A stretch of DNA of 64,000 bases from a virus: the IMG/VR virus record IMGVR_UViG_3300029574_000202; one strand, given 5' to 3'. Positions 46,701-56,634 of the stretch are shown piece by piece. Below the pieces are notes generated by a model, which was given only the letters and a program-made list of their open reading frames with translations, ran no database searches and was not told where the DNA came from. The position numbers and the translations under genes were made by a program. Every line of letters begins with the position of its first letter. Position 1 is the first letter of the stretch.

Positions 46701-48455
46701 GGAGGAATATTCGACTTTATAGGTACGAAGCAGCAGGAAAACATACGTCGTATCAATGAAGCTAAAGAAGCGCAAGAAGCCCTCAATTCAGCAAAATTGC
46801 AAGAAGCAGACATTGAAAAACAATATGAGAAAGCTTTAAAGCAGGCAAACCACAAGGCAGCAGATCTTGGAGTGCGCGCTATCGGAGATGATACCACAGG
46901 CATACAAGCTAATATAGACAAGGCGGGCATAGACAAGTCTACCAAGGAGTACAAGGAAATGTCATCCATTCTGACAAACCTTGCTGTGCTTGAAGGGAAG
47001 CTGGCTAAAGCACGAGAAAAGACCGCTAAAGCCACTATAGAAGCGAAGGACAAAGAGGACGCATCAAAGAAATCAACCACGGCTCAAATAGCCGATTGGT
47101 TCTCTGATGCGCAGGAGTTTATATCCAAAAGTGGTATAGACCAGCTACCAGAACTTTTCTCCAGTCTTGGCATGGATGAAGCATCTGCTAAAATTGGTCA
47201 AGGTCTATCAGCTTTAAATGACTCCGCTGGTGCTGTTGCAGACTTTGAGAGCGGCAACTACATTGGAGCTTTAACAAAGGGGATTTCTGCCTTACAAGGG
47301 TTTTCAAATGTCTTAGGAATCGGCGCAGACAATACAGCAAAAATGCAGGATAAGATAGATGAGCTTAATCAAAAGAATGACGTACTTGCCTCATGTCTTG
47401 AAGAACTGAATGATACACTACAGGGTACAAATTCCATAACGGGAGCACAAGAGGTATATAAGGATGCCGTAGAGCTTATAAATGCACAAAAGAAAAACGC
47501 ATCAGATGCCATGAAGGCAGAGGCGAACAAGCATGGCACTTGGCGTTCTTCCCTCCATTCTTCTGTTAACGACAATAAAACTTGGAAAAAAGACATGGAG
47601 AAAGTGTCAAAAATCCTTGGCAAGACTGTAAAAAGTAGCAAGGATTTCCTTTCTCTATCTCCAGAAGAGATGAAAAAAATCCGCGACACAGACAAAGATT
47701 TGTTTATGTCGATTCTCAATGAATATAGAAAAGAAGGCGGCAAGGGAGGTCGCTCTGACAAGTTGCCGAGTATGATACAAGACTATATCGACAAGTATGC
47801 TGATGCTATCAATGACATCAATGAGCAAATGAGCGAGAAATACACCCAGATGTCGTTTGATGACATGAAGAGCAGCTTCTTTGACGCATTGATGGATATG
47901 GATAAGGACGCAGAAGACTTTTCGGACGACTTCTCCAAATACCTCATGAAGTCTGTGCTTAATGCTAAAATTGGAGACCTCCTCGATAAGGATTTGAAGG
48001 AATTCTATTATGAATGGTCTAAACTTGCTGAGGATGGTCTTTCAGAAACAGAGATTGACTACCTAAACAACAAGTGGGACACAATAGTCAACAAAGGTTT
48101 GAAATTCAGAGACGAAGCCTCAAAAGTAACAGGTTATACGGGTTCTTCATCGCAGACTGCCACAAGCGGAGGTTGGCAATCCATGGGGCAAGAAACTGCA
48201 GATGAACTTAATGGTCGATTTACTGCCTTACAGATAGCAGGAGAAAGCATATCGGCAAGTATGATCACCGCTGTTGTGCATATGGAGACGATAATATCAA
48301 CTGGAATCTCAACCAATGGCGCTGTGACAGAGATACGAAACATGATGATAATGACAAACAGCTATCTAGAGGATATGGTAAAGTATGCCAAACTCACGTA
48401 TAGCGAATTTGGTTCAAAGATTGATGACATAAACAAGAGACTAAAGGAAATATGA
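43725..48455 (+). CDS. Tail tape measure protein
   Basis: 1576 aa, overwhelmingly alpha-helical coiled-coil and low-complexity (A/K/E/Q-rich). The N-terminal region is typical of tape-measure proteins, and the gene sits upstream of the distal tail genes. Confidence 0.85.
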   Translation: MPSLKFDAVIETGKVVSGFQDIQNAVHKTAATVESEGKSIDDIINKIQNTVNIAIGGWSIGKFVSQMMQVRGQFQQTEMAFKTMLQSEEKAKDLMQQLINTAAITPFGVDDVTEGAKQLLAFNVAAKDVNDTLIRLGDVAAGMGVSLSEMVMLYGTTIAKGKMDTMDLYQFLNRGIPIADELAKVMGLDVNNAIAEVKEQLTAGKVTSDIFIKAMQNMTSEGSKFGGMMKAQSKTITGQISNIEDAIEQMFNELGRSQEGIINTGLDAVSTIVENWRKVGEVVMVAATAYGTYKAVLMAVSALQVLNNRILQQAVVEKTLAAAAGINLSNAEAVAAARTKFLTLAQQGLTTALKETAAATLLNPYVLMAAAITSLVYTIYKFSTAASAAEIAQNAWNKSMDEFNRKAEDRKQKIKELVQIIQGADSTSLEKQLAFDELGTVAPELTKVYDSVKKLEDTDLTNFNKQLNEMTGKDREVGLKAQIKQLKEYAKALQDNSASAAAGSARRAAVQGLKDNYGIEAPWSFNKDEKLNDAIFEYMVKLQSELDKIQKAKDELETPTQIDVKLAEEDYKQSKDELDYLSRFALAMKDDIEKKPTNIPFEGRNAEKVIVELEDKVNDLKKEQEEHPIQFTADKKKALDKYQELLGDIKRWKNTAWKQGVFTIPVEIQFKMKQLQDETDKAKGHFNYVTGKYEEANKDESYAAAKKRAKINYQAAVKAEKEARKGSNKDWENAKEDLDAKKKEYEKYWGSISEASSKANKSMTDAKKRAEEQRKAQEELSNALKELIQKNMDDEISIMREGTEKKLKEIDNDYKKRIAEIKKQETEFKKKNKEAGKASSLTKGQSKAISEAKYLASLNKEQKIREVNKEASDKEQNDLYEYLKEYGSVQQQKLAITQEYADKIAKAENAYQKASLANQRDNELKKIDASDVFEQIDWENVFADLSSHTKEYLVSLRAQLQSLLKSGKLTDVSDISKVQEKINDINAEISKQGGIFDFIGTKQQENIRRINEAKEAQEALNSAKLQEADIEKQYEKALKQANHKAADLGVRAIGDDTTGIQANIDKAGIDKSTKEYKEMSSILTNLAVLEGKLAKAREKTAKATIEAKDKEDASKKSTTAQIADWFSDAQEFISKSGIDQLPELFSSLGMDEASAKIGQGLSALNDSAGAVADFESGNYIGALTKGISALQGFSNVLGIGADNTAKMQDKIDELNQKNDVLASCLEELNDTLQGTNSITGAQEVYKDAVELINAQKKNASDAMKAEANKHGTWRSSLHSSVNDNKTWKKDMEKVSKILGKTVKSSKDFLSLSPEEMKKIRDTDKDLFMSILNEYRKEGGKGGRSDKLPSMIQDYIDKYADAINDINEQMSEKYTQMSFDDMKSSFFDALMDMDKDAEDFSDDFSKYLMKSVLNAKIGDLLDKDLKEFYYEWSKLAEDGLSETEIDYLNNKWDTIVNKGLKFRDEASKVTGYTGSSSQTATSGGWQSMGQETADELNGRFTALQIAGESISASMITAVVHMETIISTGISTNGAVTEIRNMMIMTNSYLEDMVKYAKLTYSEFGSKIDDINKRLKEI

Positions 48456-48895
48456 CGATTAAAGAACAACTATACATAAATGGGAAAAACGCTTACGCTG
48501 AATACGGCATCTTTATGGATGACACAGCAATTAGCGCATTAATGACACCAGCTCCGAGCAAGGAGTTTATCAGTAATAAATATCGCTATAAGAATGGTAA
48601 ACATGTAATCAAGCACAATCCATGCCTTGATGAGCGCGATGTTACGATAGGCTTCAATATTCATGCGAAAGACGAAAAGACATTCATGTCGAATTATTAC
48701 AAGTTCTGCGAAGAAGTCTTGTCCACCGGCGAATTGATTATTCACACGTCATTCCTGCCGAATGTATGGTATAGATGTACTTACTTATCTTGTACACAAT
48801 TTAGTCAGTTCAATCGCCAGATGGCAAAGTTTAGTCTAAAACTAAACGAGCCCGATCCAAGCGACAGAGGTGAAAATAGCAAATATAGCGTATGA
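48452..48895 (+). CDS. Distal tail protein (putative, 147 aa)
   Basis: ATGA overlap with the tape-measure gene; position. Confidence 0.4.
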   Translation: MTIKEQLYINGKNAYAEYGIFMDDTAISALMTPAPSKEFISNKYRYKNGKHVIKHNPCLDERDVTIGFNIHAKDEKTFMSNYYKFCEEVLSTGELIIHTSFLPNVWYRCTYLSCTQFSQFNRQMAKFSLKLNEPDPSDRGENSKYSV

Positions 48896-51800
48896 TACAG
48901 GTTTATAGAAACGGCCAAAATTTCTTCACAATAGAAGATTTGTGTGAAGGTTCCGTGATGTCAAGACAGCTCATGGAGAACCACTACATAAAGTTAAAGT
49001 TCTCTACGGAAAATCCAGTCTACTTTGAGATTGGAGATTCTGTAGAGATTCCAGACTTTGGTTTGTTTGTTCTAACATCAGCTTACTTTCCGAAATACAA
49101 TAGCACGACAGACGGCTATGACTACGAGATGCAGATGGATGCTTACTACATGGCATGGAAGAACAAAATTTGCAAGTACCGTCCTCAGCATGGAGCCAAT
49201 GAAACTTCATTCAAGCTTACAACACATGTCTCGGCGCACCTCAACGTTGTTTTAAACAACTTAAAGGCTCTTGGCTATAAATATAATGGAAAAGATATCG
49301 TCGTTGATTACACGACATACAATAAGTCTGTGTTCGATGTTGAAAAGCGCTTCTTGGTAGAGTACAACTCAATCAGCATAATAGAAGCCCTCAATACTAT
49401 TGCAGAATCCCTTGAATGCGAGTGGTGGATAGACGGTAGTGTGATTTACCTTGGCTATTGCGAAATGACTGGGCAGACTGTCTTTGAGCAGGGGGTGAAT
49501 ATGCTGTCAATGTCACAATCAGACTCAAAATCAGATTACATAACCCGTTTGTACGCTTTTGGCTCTGACAAGAACATACCTAGCGGTTACTTCACTGGTG
49601 CAGAAAAAGATGTTACCACAGATGGGGTGGCGACAGATTATCTGATGTTGCCTAACAAAAAAGAAGATTCTGAGGGGTTCTATTCAAAAGACGGATACAT
49701 TGAAAATACTAATGTTGTAAAAAATGATGGGCAGGCAATTGAGGGTGTTGTAGTGTTTGATGATGAATACCCAAAGGTAAGTTGTACCATCAGCAATATA
49801 AAGACATATGATAAAACTGCAAAGAATAACGATGGAACGACAACAACAGAAACTTTTTGGCAAGTAACTTCTACCGATTCATTTGCGACATCATTTAAAC
49901 AGAGTTGGATTAAGCACAATCTTACTCTTATGATAAAGTTTGAGAGTGGTGCGTTGATTGGAATGGAGTTTGAGATTAGCTTTAAGATACTCGATGGTGT
50001 TAACTACTTTGAGATTGTTGCCAATGACAACTATGGGCGAAAACTTCCAGACACTACATTATGCCCTAAAGTTAATGATAAGTTTTTTCTGTATAATTGG
50101 GACGCGACCAAGATAACAGAAACAAACCTTATACAAGATGCGAGAGAAGCCTTGTTTGAAAGAGCAAAGACTTACTATAAGAAGTCTATGATAGACAATT
50201 CCAATTTTACGTGTGTAATGGATGGGGAAAAGTTCTATAACAATGGAACATACGACTATCAACCCCTCGGTGAACAGGTGAAGCTGATAAATCCCATGTT
50301 TGCCGATACTGACGCAAATGGTAAACATTATCGCAATTCTCGCATTATAGGAATGGAGATAAAGCTTGATATACCATACGATAGTCCGACTTATATCATA
50401 GGAGAAAAAGCCTCGTACAGTAGGCTTGGACAACTTGAAGACAAGGTTGAGTCAATAACTGTCAGCGGAAAGCAAGTAGCGGATGCAAACGGAGGTAGTG
50501 GTGTGTATGTTATAGGGGAAAATGATGTTACACCAGAAACTGATAGCAATGTTTATTCTGCACGTAGAACACGAAACAATTTTCTCTCTAAGACCGAAGA
50601 CGATATTGCACAAGGAATCATTCGTTTTGTCAAAGGTCTGAAATTCGGAGCGAAAGCTGTAGACAACCCTCTCGGCATCTCCTCTGACGGCATCGCAAAT
50701 CTCAAAGAGGTTGTGTCAGCTGCGTTCCGTTCGGGTGCGCTCGGTTCTGGCTTCAAACTTGGCGATTACAACGGAAGTGGTGACAGCTACTTGGAGGTAG
50801 ACCGCCTACTTGTGCGCAAGGCGGCGGAGTTCGTAAGGCTCGTAATCCGAGAGCTTCAAAGCGTAGGTGGTGAGATTGTTCTGTCGCCTGCTGCCATGAA
50901 GATTAGCAATGTGGTCTATTTCGAGAAAGGTGTGTATCTTCCCGAATATGAAGCTCTTCCTCTGCGCTACAATGTTTACCGCTGCTACTTCTCGCAGAAG
51001 AAAGGCGACGAAGAGATAGAAAACCAGTTCGTCGAGGACGACCTTGTGCGCTGTCAGACGTTCAACGTCAAGGAGGGCGTGAGTGAGAACGTGAAGAACA
51101 GATACTACTGGCGTAAGGTGTACAAGGTAGGTAAAGATTTCATTGATGTGCTTGCTGATTTCTGCGATACTGGCAGCGATATTCCGCAGGCAGGTGACGA
51201 GCTTGTACAGATGGGCAATACGACGGACACGGCACGCCAGTCGGTCGTTGTTTTGTCGGCATACGGAGCGGATGCGCCATCGTTAAAGATGTACGAAGGC
51301 GTAGATAGCTACTCGTTAGAAAACAAGGAGGTCTTTGTCCTATCGCGTTCCGAGATGTTCGCCATAGCCGATAAGTTTAGGTTCGTTACGCGCAAGGCTA
51401 ATGGCGAGATAGAAAGCACGCAGTCGTTTGCGGAGCTTGTGATGTCCGTGGATGGACTCAGTGCAACGGTCGACAGAAACAAAAAAGAGCTTGACGGACA
51501 GATAACGCAGATGAGATCAGATATAAAGCAGATGCCAGATCAAATACTCTTAACGGTGGGGAAGTATTATCCGACAAAGACGGATGTAACCAAGCAGATA
51601 GAGTCGGTCAGTTCGGAGATAACACAGACGGCAACCAATATCGCGATGAAGGTAGGCTACACTCTTGCCGAGCGACGTAACCTGCTCGTCGGCTCGTTGT
51701 TCCGCAAGCAAGGCGAGGGTTTCTTTCTTCTACGCTCTAAGATATATCGCACGTCGGCGCATGAGGGTGCTAATGTGATATTCGCGCCCGATGCCAAGGC

Positions 51801-53346
51801 AGGCGGTGCGCAATGGGGTGGAGCTGCAAACTCTCGCAACATACATGTCGCCAAGGGCAAAACGTACACACTGGCGTTTTGGGCTCGCACGAAGTCAGCC
51901 AAAGTAGAAATTGTGGGCGAGGCGATATGGCACAGCTCGGCAACCGACACGTCGCGACCAAGTGGATATACCGGTCCTAACGGCAGTGCGAATTTAGGCG
52001 GAGTAACGATAACGCCAAGCAACGGCTGGTATCTGTATCAGAAGACGTTTACCGTTGCAGCGAACGCTCCTTATGAGTGGATTTCCGTGGCGTGTCTAAA
52101 GGCTAACGCATCTACTGCAAGTCAGCAGGCGTATATCGCACACCCTATACTCATTGAGGGCACGGCAAAGGATTTTGTATGTTGGAGTGCTTCGCCCAAT
52201 GATTACAACTACATCGGCGGCAATCTCCTCGACAACACGCGCACGTTCACCAAAGCCGGCAATCTGATGCGTTTGGATGCCTCGATAGTCACTAACGAGT
52301 CGTACAATAATGGCTGCTCCGTTATTTATGCTGACGGAGCATCTAAGTACATCGAGATGGCGCAGTGGAGCGTGAACACCATCATCAAAAAAGATGAGGA
52401 CTACATACTCTCCTTTATGGCAAAAGGTAGTGGCAACATCGACGCATACATGTGGAGTGGCTCCAATCTAAGCATATTCGCCGAAGACAGCGAGCACGAT
52501 ACAACGACACAGAACGCCGATGGAGGACGACGCTTACCTCTTACTGACGAGTGGAAGCGTTATTGGGTGCACTGGCGGTCAGAGGGCACCGGCATACCTA
52601 ACTACGTCCTTATCCGTTGTCTGCAAGGCAGTAAGGCGTGGGTGACAATGCCGAAGTTGGAGGTCGGTGCAACGCCTACCGATTGGATAGAGGGCAAGAG
52701 TGGTTTTATCGAAGACAGTGGTATTGCCGCAAAGCTACTGCGCACTGGCTTAGACATCGAAAATGGCAAGATAACGGCAACGGCTGACAAGTTCGAGATT
52801 CGCAACAATAGCGGCGAGACAACCGCGAGCGTGAACGAGAAAGGTGTGCTGGAGGTTGGCGCAGGTCTGTTTGGGGGCTTTATTGCGAAGAAGTTGACGG
52901 TCATTACACCTGACAATATCGCGCGGTACACTATACCTTCCGCTCAACTTGGCTACATTGTATTCGATTTTGCCAGCGCAGGTTCTTTTGTTAGGTTTGA
53001 GGGCGATTTTAATACTGTGTTTAATAACAACGAACCTGTAATTGTTCTACCATACTACAACCGCAGTCAGGGAACGTCTTTACATAGCAAGGGCGCGTGG
53101 GAAGCCGCACCATATTTAGACCAAACTTTCATTGTAATAAACAATACAAAAACCACAATCAAATTTATTGGCGGTGGCACCATTAATAACCAGGGTGTAG
53201 ACTCTCCGAGTAACGTTCTCGTCTCAGGCAATCTTAGCATCGGAAGAAGCGCAATATTGAAGTGCACCCTTCATACGAAAACTGATACCAGTGTATATTG
53301 GGGCAATAGTTTTACAATAGTATGGGATGGTTACATTTATGGATAA
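48892..53346 (+). CDS. Large tail / host-specificity protein (Tal-like, 1484 aa)
   Basis: Giant ORF directly after the distal tail gene; beta-rich with a Gly/Asn/Thr-rich C-terminal half. Confidence 0.6.
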   Translation: MIQVYRNGQNFFTIEDLCEGSVMSRQLMENHYIKLKFSTENPVYFEIGDSVEIPDFGLFVLTSAYFPKYNSTTDGYDYEMQMDAYYMAWKNKICKYRPQHGANETSFKLTTHVSAHLNVVLNNLKALGYKYNGKDIVVDYTTYNKSVFDVEKRFLVEYNSISIIEALNTIAESLECEWWIDGSVIYLGYCEMTGQTVFEQGVNMLSMSQSDSKSDYITRLYAFGSDKNIPSGYFTGAEKDVTTDGVATDYLMLPNKKEDSEGFYSKDGYIENTNVVKNDGQAIEGVVVFDDEYPKVSCTISNIKTYDKTAKNNDGTTTTETFWQVTSTDSFATSFKQSWIKHNLTLMIKFESGALIGMEFEISFKILDGVNYFEIVANDNYGRKLPDTTLCPKVNDKFFLYNWDATKITETNLIQDAREALFERAKTYYKKSMIDNSNFTCVMDGEKFYNNGTYDYQPLGEQVKLINPMFADTDANGKHYRNSRIIGMEIKLDIPYDSPTYIIGEKASYSRLGQLEDKVESITVSGKQVADANGGSGVYVIGENDVTPETDSNVYSARRTRNNFLSKTEDDIAQGIIRFVKGLKFGAKAVDNPLGISSDGIANLKEVVSAAFRSGALGSGFKLGDYNGSGDSYLEVDRLLVRKAAEFVRLVIRELQSVGGEIVLSPAAMKISNVVYFEKGVYLPEYEALPLRYNVYRCYFSQKKGDEEIENQFVEDDLVRCQTFNVKEGVSENVKNRYYWRKVYKVGKDFIDVLADFCDTGSDIPQAGDELVQMGNTTDTARQSVVVLSAYGADAPSLKMYEGVDSYSLENKEVFVLSRSEMFAIADKFRFVTRKANGEIESTQSFAELVMSVDGLSATVDRNKKELDGQITQMRSDIKQMPDQILLTVGKYYPTKTDVTKQIESVSSEITQTATNIAMKVGYTLAERRNLLVGSLFRKQGEGFFLLRSKIYRTSAHEGANVIFAPDAKAGGAQWGGAANSRNIHVAKGKTYTLAFWARTKSAKVEIVGEAIWHSSATDTSRPSGYTGPNGSANLGGVTITPSNGWYLYQKTFTVAANAPYEWISVACLKANASTASQQAYIAHPILIEGTAKDFVCWSASPNDYNYIGGNLLDNTRTFTKAGNLMRLDASIVTNESYNNGCSVIYADGASKYIEMAQWSVNTIIKKDEDYILSFMAKGSGNIDAYMWSGSNLSIFAEDSEHDTTTQNADGGRRLPLTDEWKRYWVHWRSEGTGIPNYVLIRCLQGSKAWVTMPKLEVGATPTDWIEGKSGFIEDSGIAAKLLRTGLDIENGKITATADKFEIRNNSGETTASVNEKGVLEVGAGLFGGFIAKKLTVITPDNIARYTIPSAQLGYIVFDFASAGSFVRFEGDFNTVFNNNEPVIVLPYYNRSQGTSLHSKGAWEAAPYLDQTFIVINNTKTTIKFIGGGTINNQGVDSPSNVLVSGNLSIGRSAILKCTLHTKTDTSVYWGNSFTIVWDGYIYG

Positions 53347-53361
53347 TTAAAAGAACAAGAT

Positions 53362-54360
53362 ATGAAGAAAATAGTAAGAGGCAACGATTTTACGTTGCGC
53401 ATACCAGTAAAGAAGATAGTCAATGGTGAACAGGTATCGTTCCCGTTGACTGATTGCACCGACATCGCGGTGCACATCGTTAGCAAGTACAAGCGTACCG
53501 CACTCCCCTACACTATCGACAAGGAGTCTAATGATGTGCTTTTGGCTGACGTTGACGGCACAACACTATCGTTAGGCACTTACGCCTTGGAGGTGACGGG
53601 CGTATCGGAGGGTTCCAACTGGCGAAGCTACGAGTATGAGCAGTTCGCCATCGTGGACAATAACGCAAGCAGCGATACAGTATTTGAGGACAACACAGCC
53701 AATGGCGACACCAACATCGAGGACGGCAACGGAGATAATGCCAACAAAGGCTGCATGGATGTGAAGATTGAGGGCTTTGCTGTAGATACTGCGCTTGTTG
53801 TCCTTCCTCCTATATCCGCGCGAGCAACCCCGAGTGTCAAAAAGAGCAAACCAAAGATAGAATATGTAGTTGGTAGGGCGATAAAATGCTCATTGCTGAC
53901 CTTATCATCATCTGACAGGGTAAGGTATATTGTGCCCAGCAATGATAAAATGATTTCCTTATTGGTTGGCAATAAAAAACGAAGTCTTCTGGCAAAGAAA
54001 GGAGATAGTATTAAGGTAAAATTAATTACTGATGCAGGTTCTCCCATTGAGTCTTTTAGTGAACCTATTAGAACTCACCTCTATGATGTTTTATTTGGTA
54101 GAAATGGTGAGATAGAAATCACTAAAGCCACCAACGAGTTTACTTGTTATAGAGTGTCTCTATGTCTTTTTAGTCTGCAGCCTGGTGCCTGGTTTGTAAA
54201 AAACGTCACACTTATGGATGACGGTGTTTATGTGGTTACATTGGATTGGACTGGCATTCCAAGTTCTTTTGATACCGTAAGCCCTTACAGAAAATTCGAG
54301 AATGGCATGGTGGTAAATAAACGTCTGCCACAAGGTCTCGGTTTTAACGCGGCTTTTTAA
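53362..54360 (+). CDS. Tail fibre / receptor-binding accessory protein (putative, 332 aa)
   Basis: Position after the host-specificity gene; beta-rich. Confidence 0.4.
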   Translation: MKKIVRGNDFTLRIPVKKIVNGEQVSFPLTDCTDIAVHIVSKYKRTALPYTIDKESNDVLLADVDGTTLSLGTYALEVTGVSEGSNWRSYEYEQFAIVDNNASSDTVFEDNTANGDTNIEDGNGDNANKGCMDVKIEGFAVDTALVVLPPISARATPSVKKSKPKIEYVVGRAIKCSLLTLSSSDRVRYIVPSNDKMISLLVGNKKRSLLAKKGDSIKVKLITDAGSPIESFSEPIRTHLYDVLFGRNGEIEITKATNEFTCYRVSLCLFSLQPGAWFVKNVTLMDDGVYVVTLDWTGIPSSFDTVSPYRKFENGMVVNKRLPQGLGFNAAF

Positions 54361-54751
54361 ATGAATTCTCCCACCAGCAAGCGATATACACTTACAAATA
54401 CACGTGGTGCAACACCAAACTGTTAAAAGAAGGTGGGCGTAAAAGAGTAAAAAAAATGAGACGTAAATATATAAAGTCGGGCATCTGTCATATTTTGGTT
54501 AAACACCAAAATGAAAAGAAAAGTTGTTATATGCAAACATACGCCGTAAACATAAAGAGAAACAAAATAACGAGGCTCCACTAAACGTGCAAGTAACACA
54601 TCAGTATTTAACCGAGCTATCTTACTGGTCGGTGGCTCCTCGTCACTCACAAAATTACTACATTTCTATAATACTTGTAAGGGTAGTTGGTAAGAAACAG
54701 AGATAAAAAGTGATTTTATAACTTTAATTAACAAAAAAAAAATCAAATAAC

Positions 54752-55213
54752 ATGGAAGTAAAAGTAAGACGAATAGCAAAAAAGGAGACGTACACAATAG
54801 GTAAGATGTACGTCGACGGCGAGTATGTCTGCGACACTCTTGAAGACAAGGACAGAGGACTGACATCTAATATGTCGGTTGCGCAGATATGCGGAGTGAA
54901 GATTAAGGGCGAAACCGCCATACCTACAGGCAGATACCTCGTAGATATGAAGACGGTATCGCCACGCTTCGGAGGTCGGGCGCAGTACCAGTTTTGCAAG
55001 GGCAGACTGCCAAGGTTGTGCAATACGCCTGGCTACCAAGGCGTGCTGATACACTGCGGCAACACCGCGAAGGACACGGAGGGCTGCATCCTCGTCGGCG
55101 AGAATAAGGAGAGGGGCAAGGTGCTGAACTCAAAGGCAACGTTCAATAGGCTTTATCTTAGACTGGCGATTGCTGACAAGAGAGGAGAACAGATTTGGAT
55201 AACAATCGAGTAA
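54752..55213 (+). CDS. Putative endolysin with a YkuD/L,D-transpeptidase-like catalytic motif
   Basis: VLIHCGNTAKDTEGCILVG fits the H-x(10-15)-GC[IV] His/Cys catalytic arrangement of the YkuD fold. It is followed by holin-like membrane genes. Confidence 0.4.
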   Translation: MEVKVRRIAKKETYTIGKMYVDGEYVCDTLEDKDRGLTSNMSVAQICGVKIKGETAIPTGRYLVDMKTVSPRFGGRAQYQFCKGRLPRLCNTPGYQGVLIHCGNTAKDTEGCILVGENKERGKVLNSKATFNRLYLRLAIADKRGEQIWITIE

Positions 55214-55707
55214 ACACAATGGAGATGGCAGGAAATATCACTACAAGTACAGGAAAGGCTTTCGTGGTCGGCACCATTGGCACGGAAGCACTTACCGCAT
55301 TGTTCGATTTGCGCTGGATGCTCGTACTTATCGTCGTACTTATCGTCGCCGATTTTTGGTTCGGCGTTTCGGAGAGTCTAAAAAAGCATGAGCACTTCCG
55401 TTTTTCGCGAGCTGGGCGCAGAACGTGCAATAAGGCGGTAGACTACGTTACGTATCTCATACTCGGATCGGTGCTCGGTTTGGCTATCTTCGAACCACTC
55501 GGCTGGGCTAACCACGTCACAACAGCGGCTATCGGTTTGGGCTTCGGCTGCATCTGGGAGATTGACAGCATCGTAGGACACGTATGCGCATTGCACGGCA
55601 TCAAGAATACATTCTCCATCAAGCGGTTTATTATCTCGCTCATTAAGAGCAAGAATAAGGACATCGGCGAAGCGGTGGAGGATGCAGTGGATAACAATAA
55701 AAATTAA
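55195..55707 (+). CDS. Holin-like membrane protein (170 aa, about 3 TM helices)
   Basis: Hydrophobic helices LRWMLVLIVVLIVADFWF, YLILGSVLGLAIF and AAIGLGFGCIW; position after the lysin. Confidence 0.45.
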   Translation: MDNNRVNTMEMAGNITTSTGKAFVVGTIGTEALTALFDLRWMLVLIVVLIVADFWFGVSESLKKHEHFRFSRAGRRTCNKAVDYVTYLILGSVLGLAIFEPLGWANHVTTAAIGLGFGCIWEIDSIVGHVCALHGIKNTFSIKRFIISLIKSKNKDIGEAVEDAVDNNKN

Positions 55708-55712
55708 CGAAT

Positions 55713-56396
55713 ATGAATATAAGAGAAATTCTGATGCTACTGAACTGCATCATATTGGGAGCGACAACGCTCTTTATTTTCTACAAGGCAGACAAGCTCG
55801 GTGTAGTCGATGAAGGCTACGACGAGGATAAGCGAAACCGACAAGGTGCTATCGGATGGTTTATTGCGTCTATATTCGTAGGCGTTCTTGCACTGCCAGT
55901 AATGGTGCTGCGTGAGGTTTATCAATGGAAGCGTTATAAGCTACCGGGTATTGAGTGGGATGACATTTGTCGCTACGGCTTCACTATCATCGTCGGCTCT
56001 ATGCTGCATCTGCTCCTGCTTGTGGTAACGAGCTGCACAACTCCGAAGCCTGTTGTGTTGGAGCGAGTGATTAACAAGACGGACACGCTGTACAAGACCA
56101 ACTACATAGCCGATACGTTCCGCGTACATGACTCTATATATGTCGAGAGCTACATGATAGGAGATACGATATATAAGACAAAGAATGTGTACAAATGGCG
56201 TGATAGAGTGAGCGTGAAGACGGACACGATATACAAGTCTATCCTGCGAGCGGACTCTATTCCAGTGCCGGTGCCAGTTGAGCGTAAGGCGACATGGTGG
56301 GAGCGGACGCAGATGTTCGCAGGCAAGATAGCGGTCGGAGCGGTGGTACTATGTTTAATCTCGCTACTGCTTTGGCTGATACACAGAAAGAGATAA
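55713..56396 (+). CDS. Membrane protein with N- and C-terminal TM helices and an internal DT[LI]YK[TS] x3 repeat; spanin-like candidate
   Basis: TM helices at both ends; the repeats TDTLYKT, DTIYKT and TDTIYKS; follows the holin. Confidence 0.35.
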   Translation: MNIREILMLLNCIILGATTLFIFYKADKLGVVDEGYDEDKRNRQGAIGWFIASIFVGVLALPVMVLREVYQWKRYKLPGIEWDDICRYGFTIIVGSMLHLLLLVVTSCTTPKPVVLERVINKTDTLYKTNYIADTFRVHDSIYVESYMIGDTIYKTKNVYKWRDRVSVKTDTIYKSILRADSIPVPVPVERKATWWERTQMFAGKIAVGAVVLCLISLLLWLIHRKR

Positions 56397-56634
56397 TATG
56401 TAGATTGGTTAGTTATTAGTTTTTAGTTTAAGGTAAATTGTTTTTAGGAGCCTTGCCCGTCCGTGATGGATAGGCAAGGAGTTTAAGTGAACTACCCACA
56501 AGCTAAAGACTTGCGGTTTTTGCGGTGTTTAAATAAATATAAATATAAATAACAGCGCATACAACTTTGAAGATAAATGACTAACTTGCATTGCAAAAAC
56601 TAATAAACGTTACGTTAAACCCCAAAAAATCACT

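Noticed and set aside
43773-48343. Multiple minus-strand ORFs inside the tape-measure gene (for example 43979..44434 and 46565..47080) and inside the tail gene (51657..52022 and 52602..52931)
   Set aside because: They are antisense, low-complexity (Ser/Ala/Leu-rich), and embedded in long, well-supported plus-strand genes. They are treated as spurious.
48892-54360. Diversity-generating retroelement targeting the tail-fibre genes
   Set aside because: No reverse-transcriptase ORF (no YxDD motif protein) and no template/variable repeat pair were detectable in or near the tail genes.
54360-54750. About 390-bp AT-rich gap before the lysis genes as a possible gene or ncRNA
   Set aside because: Only a weak 75-aa minus-strand ORF with homopolymer runs is present. 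It is more likely promoter or spacer DNA, and no structure stood out.
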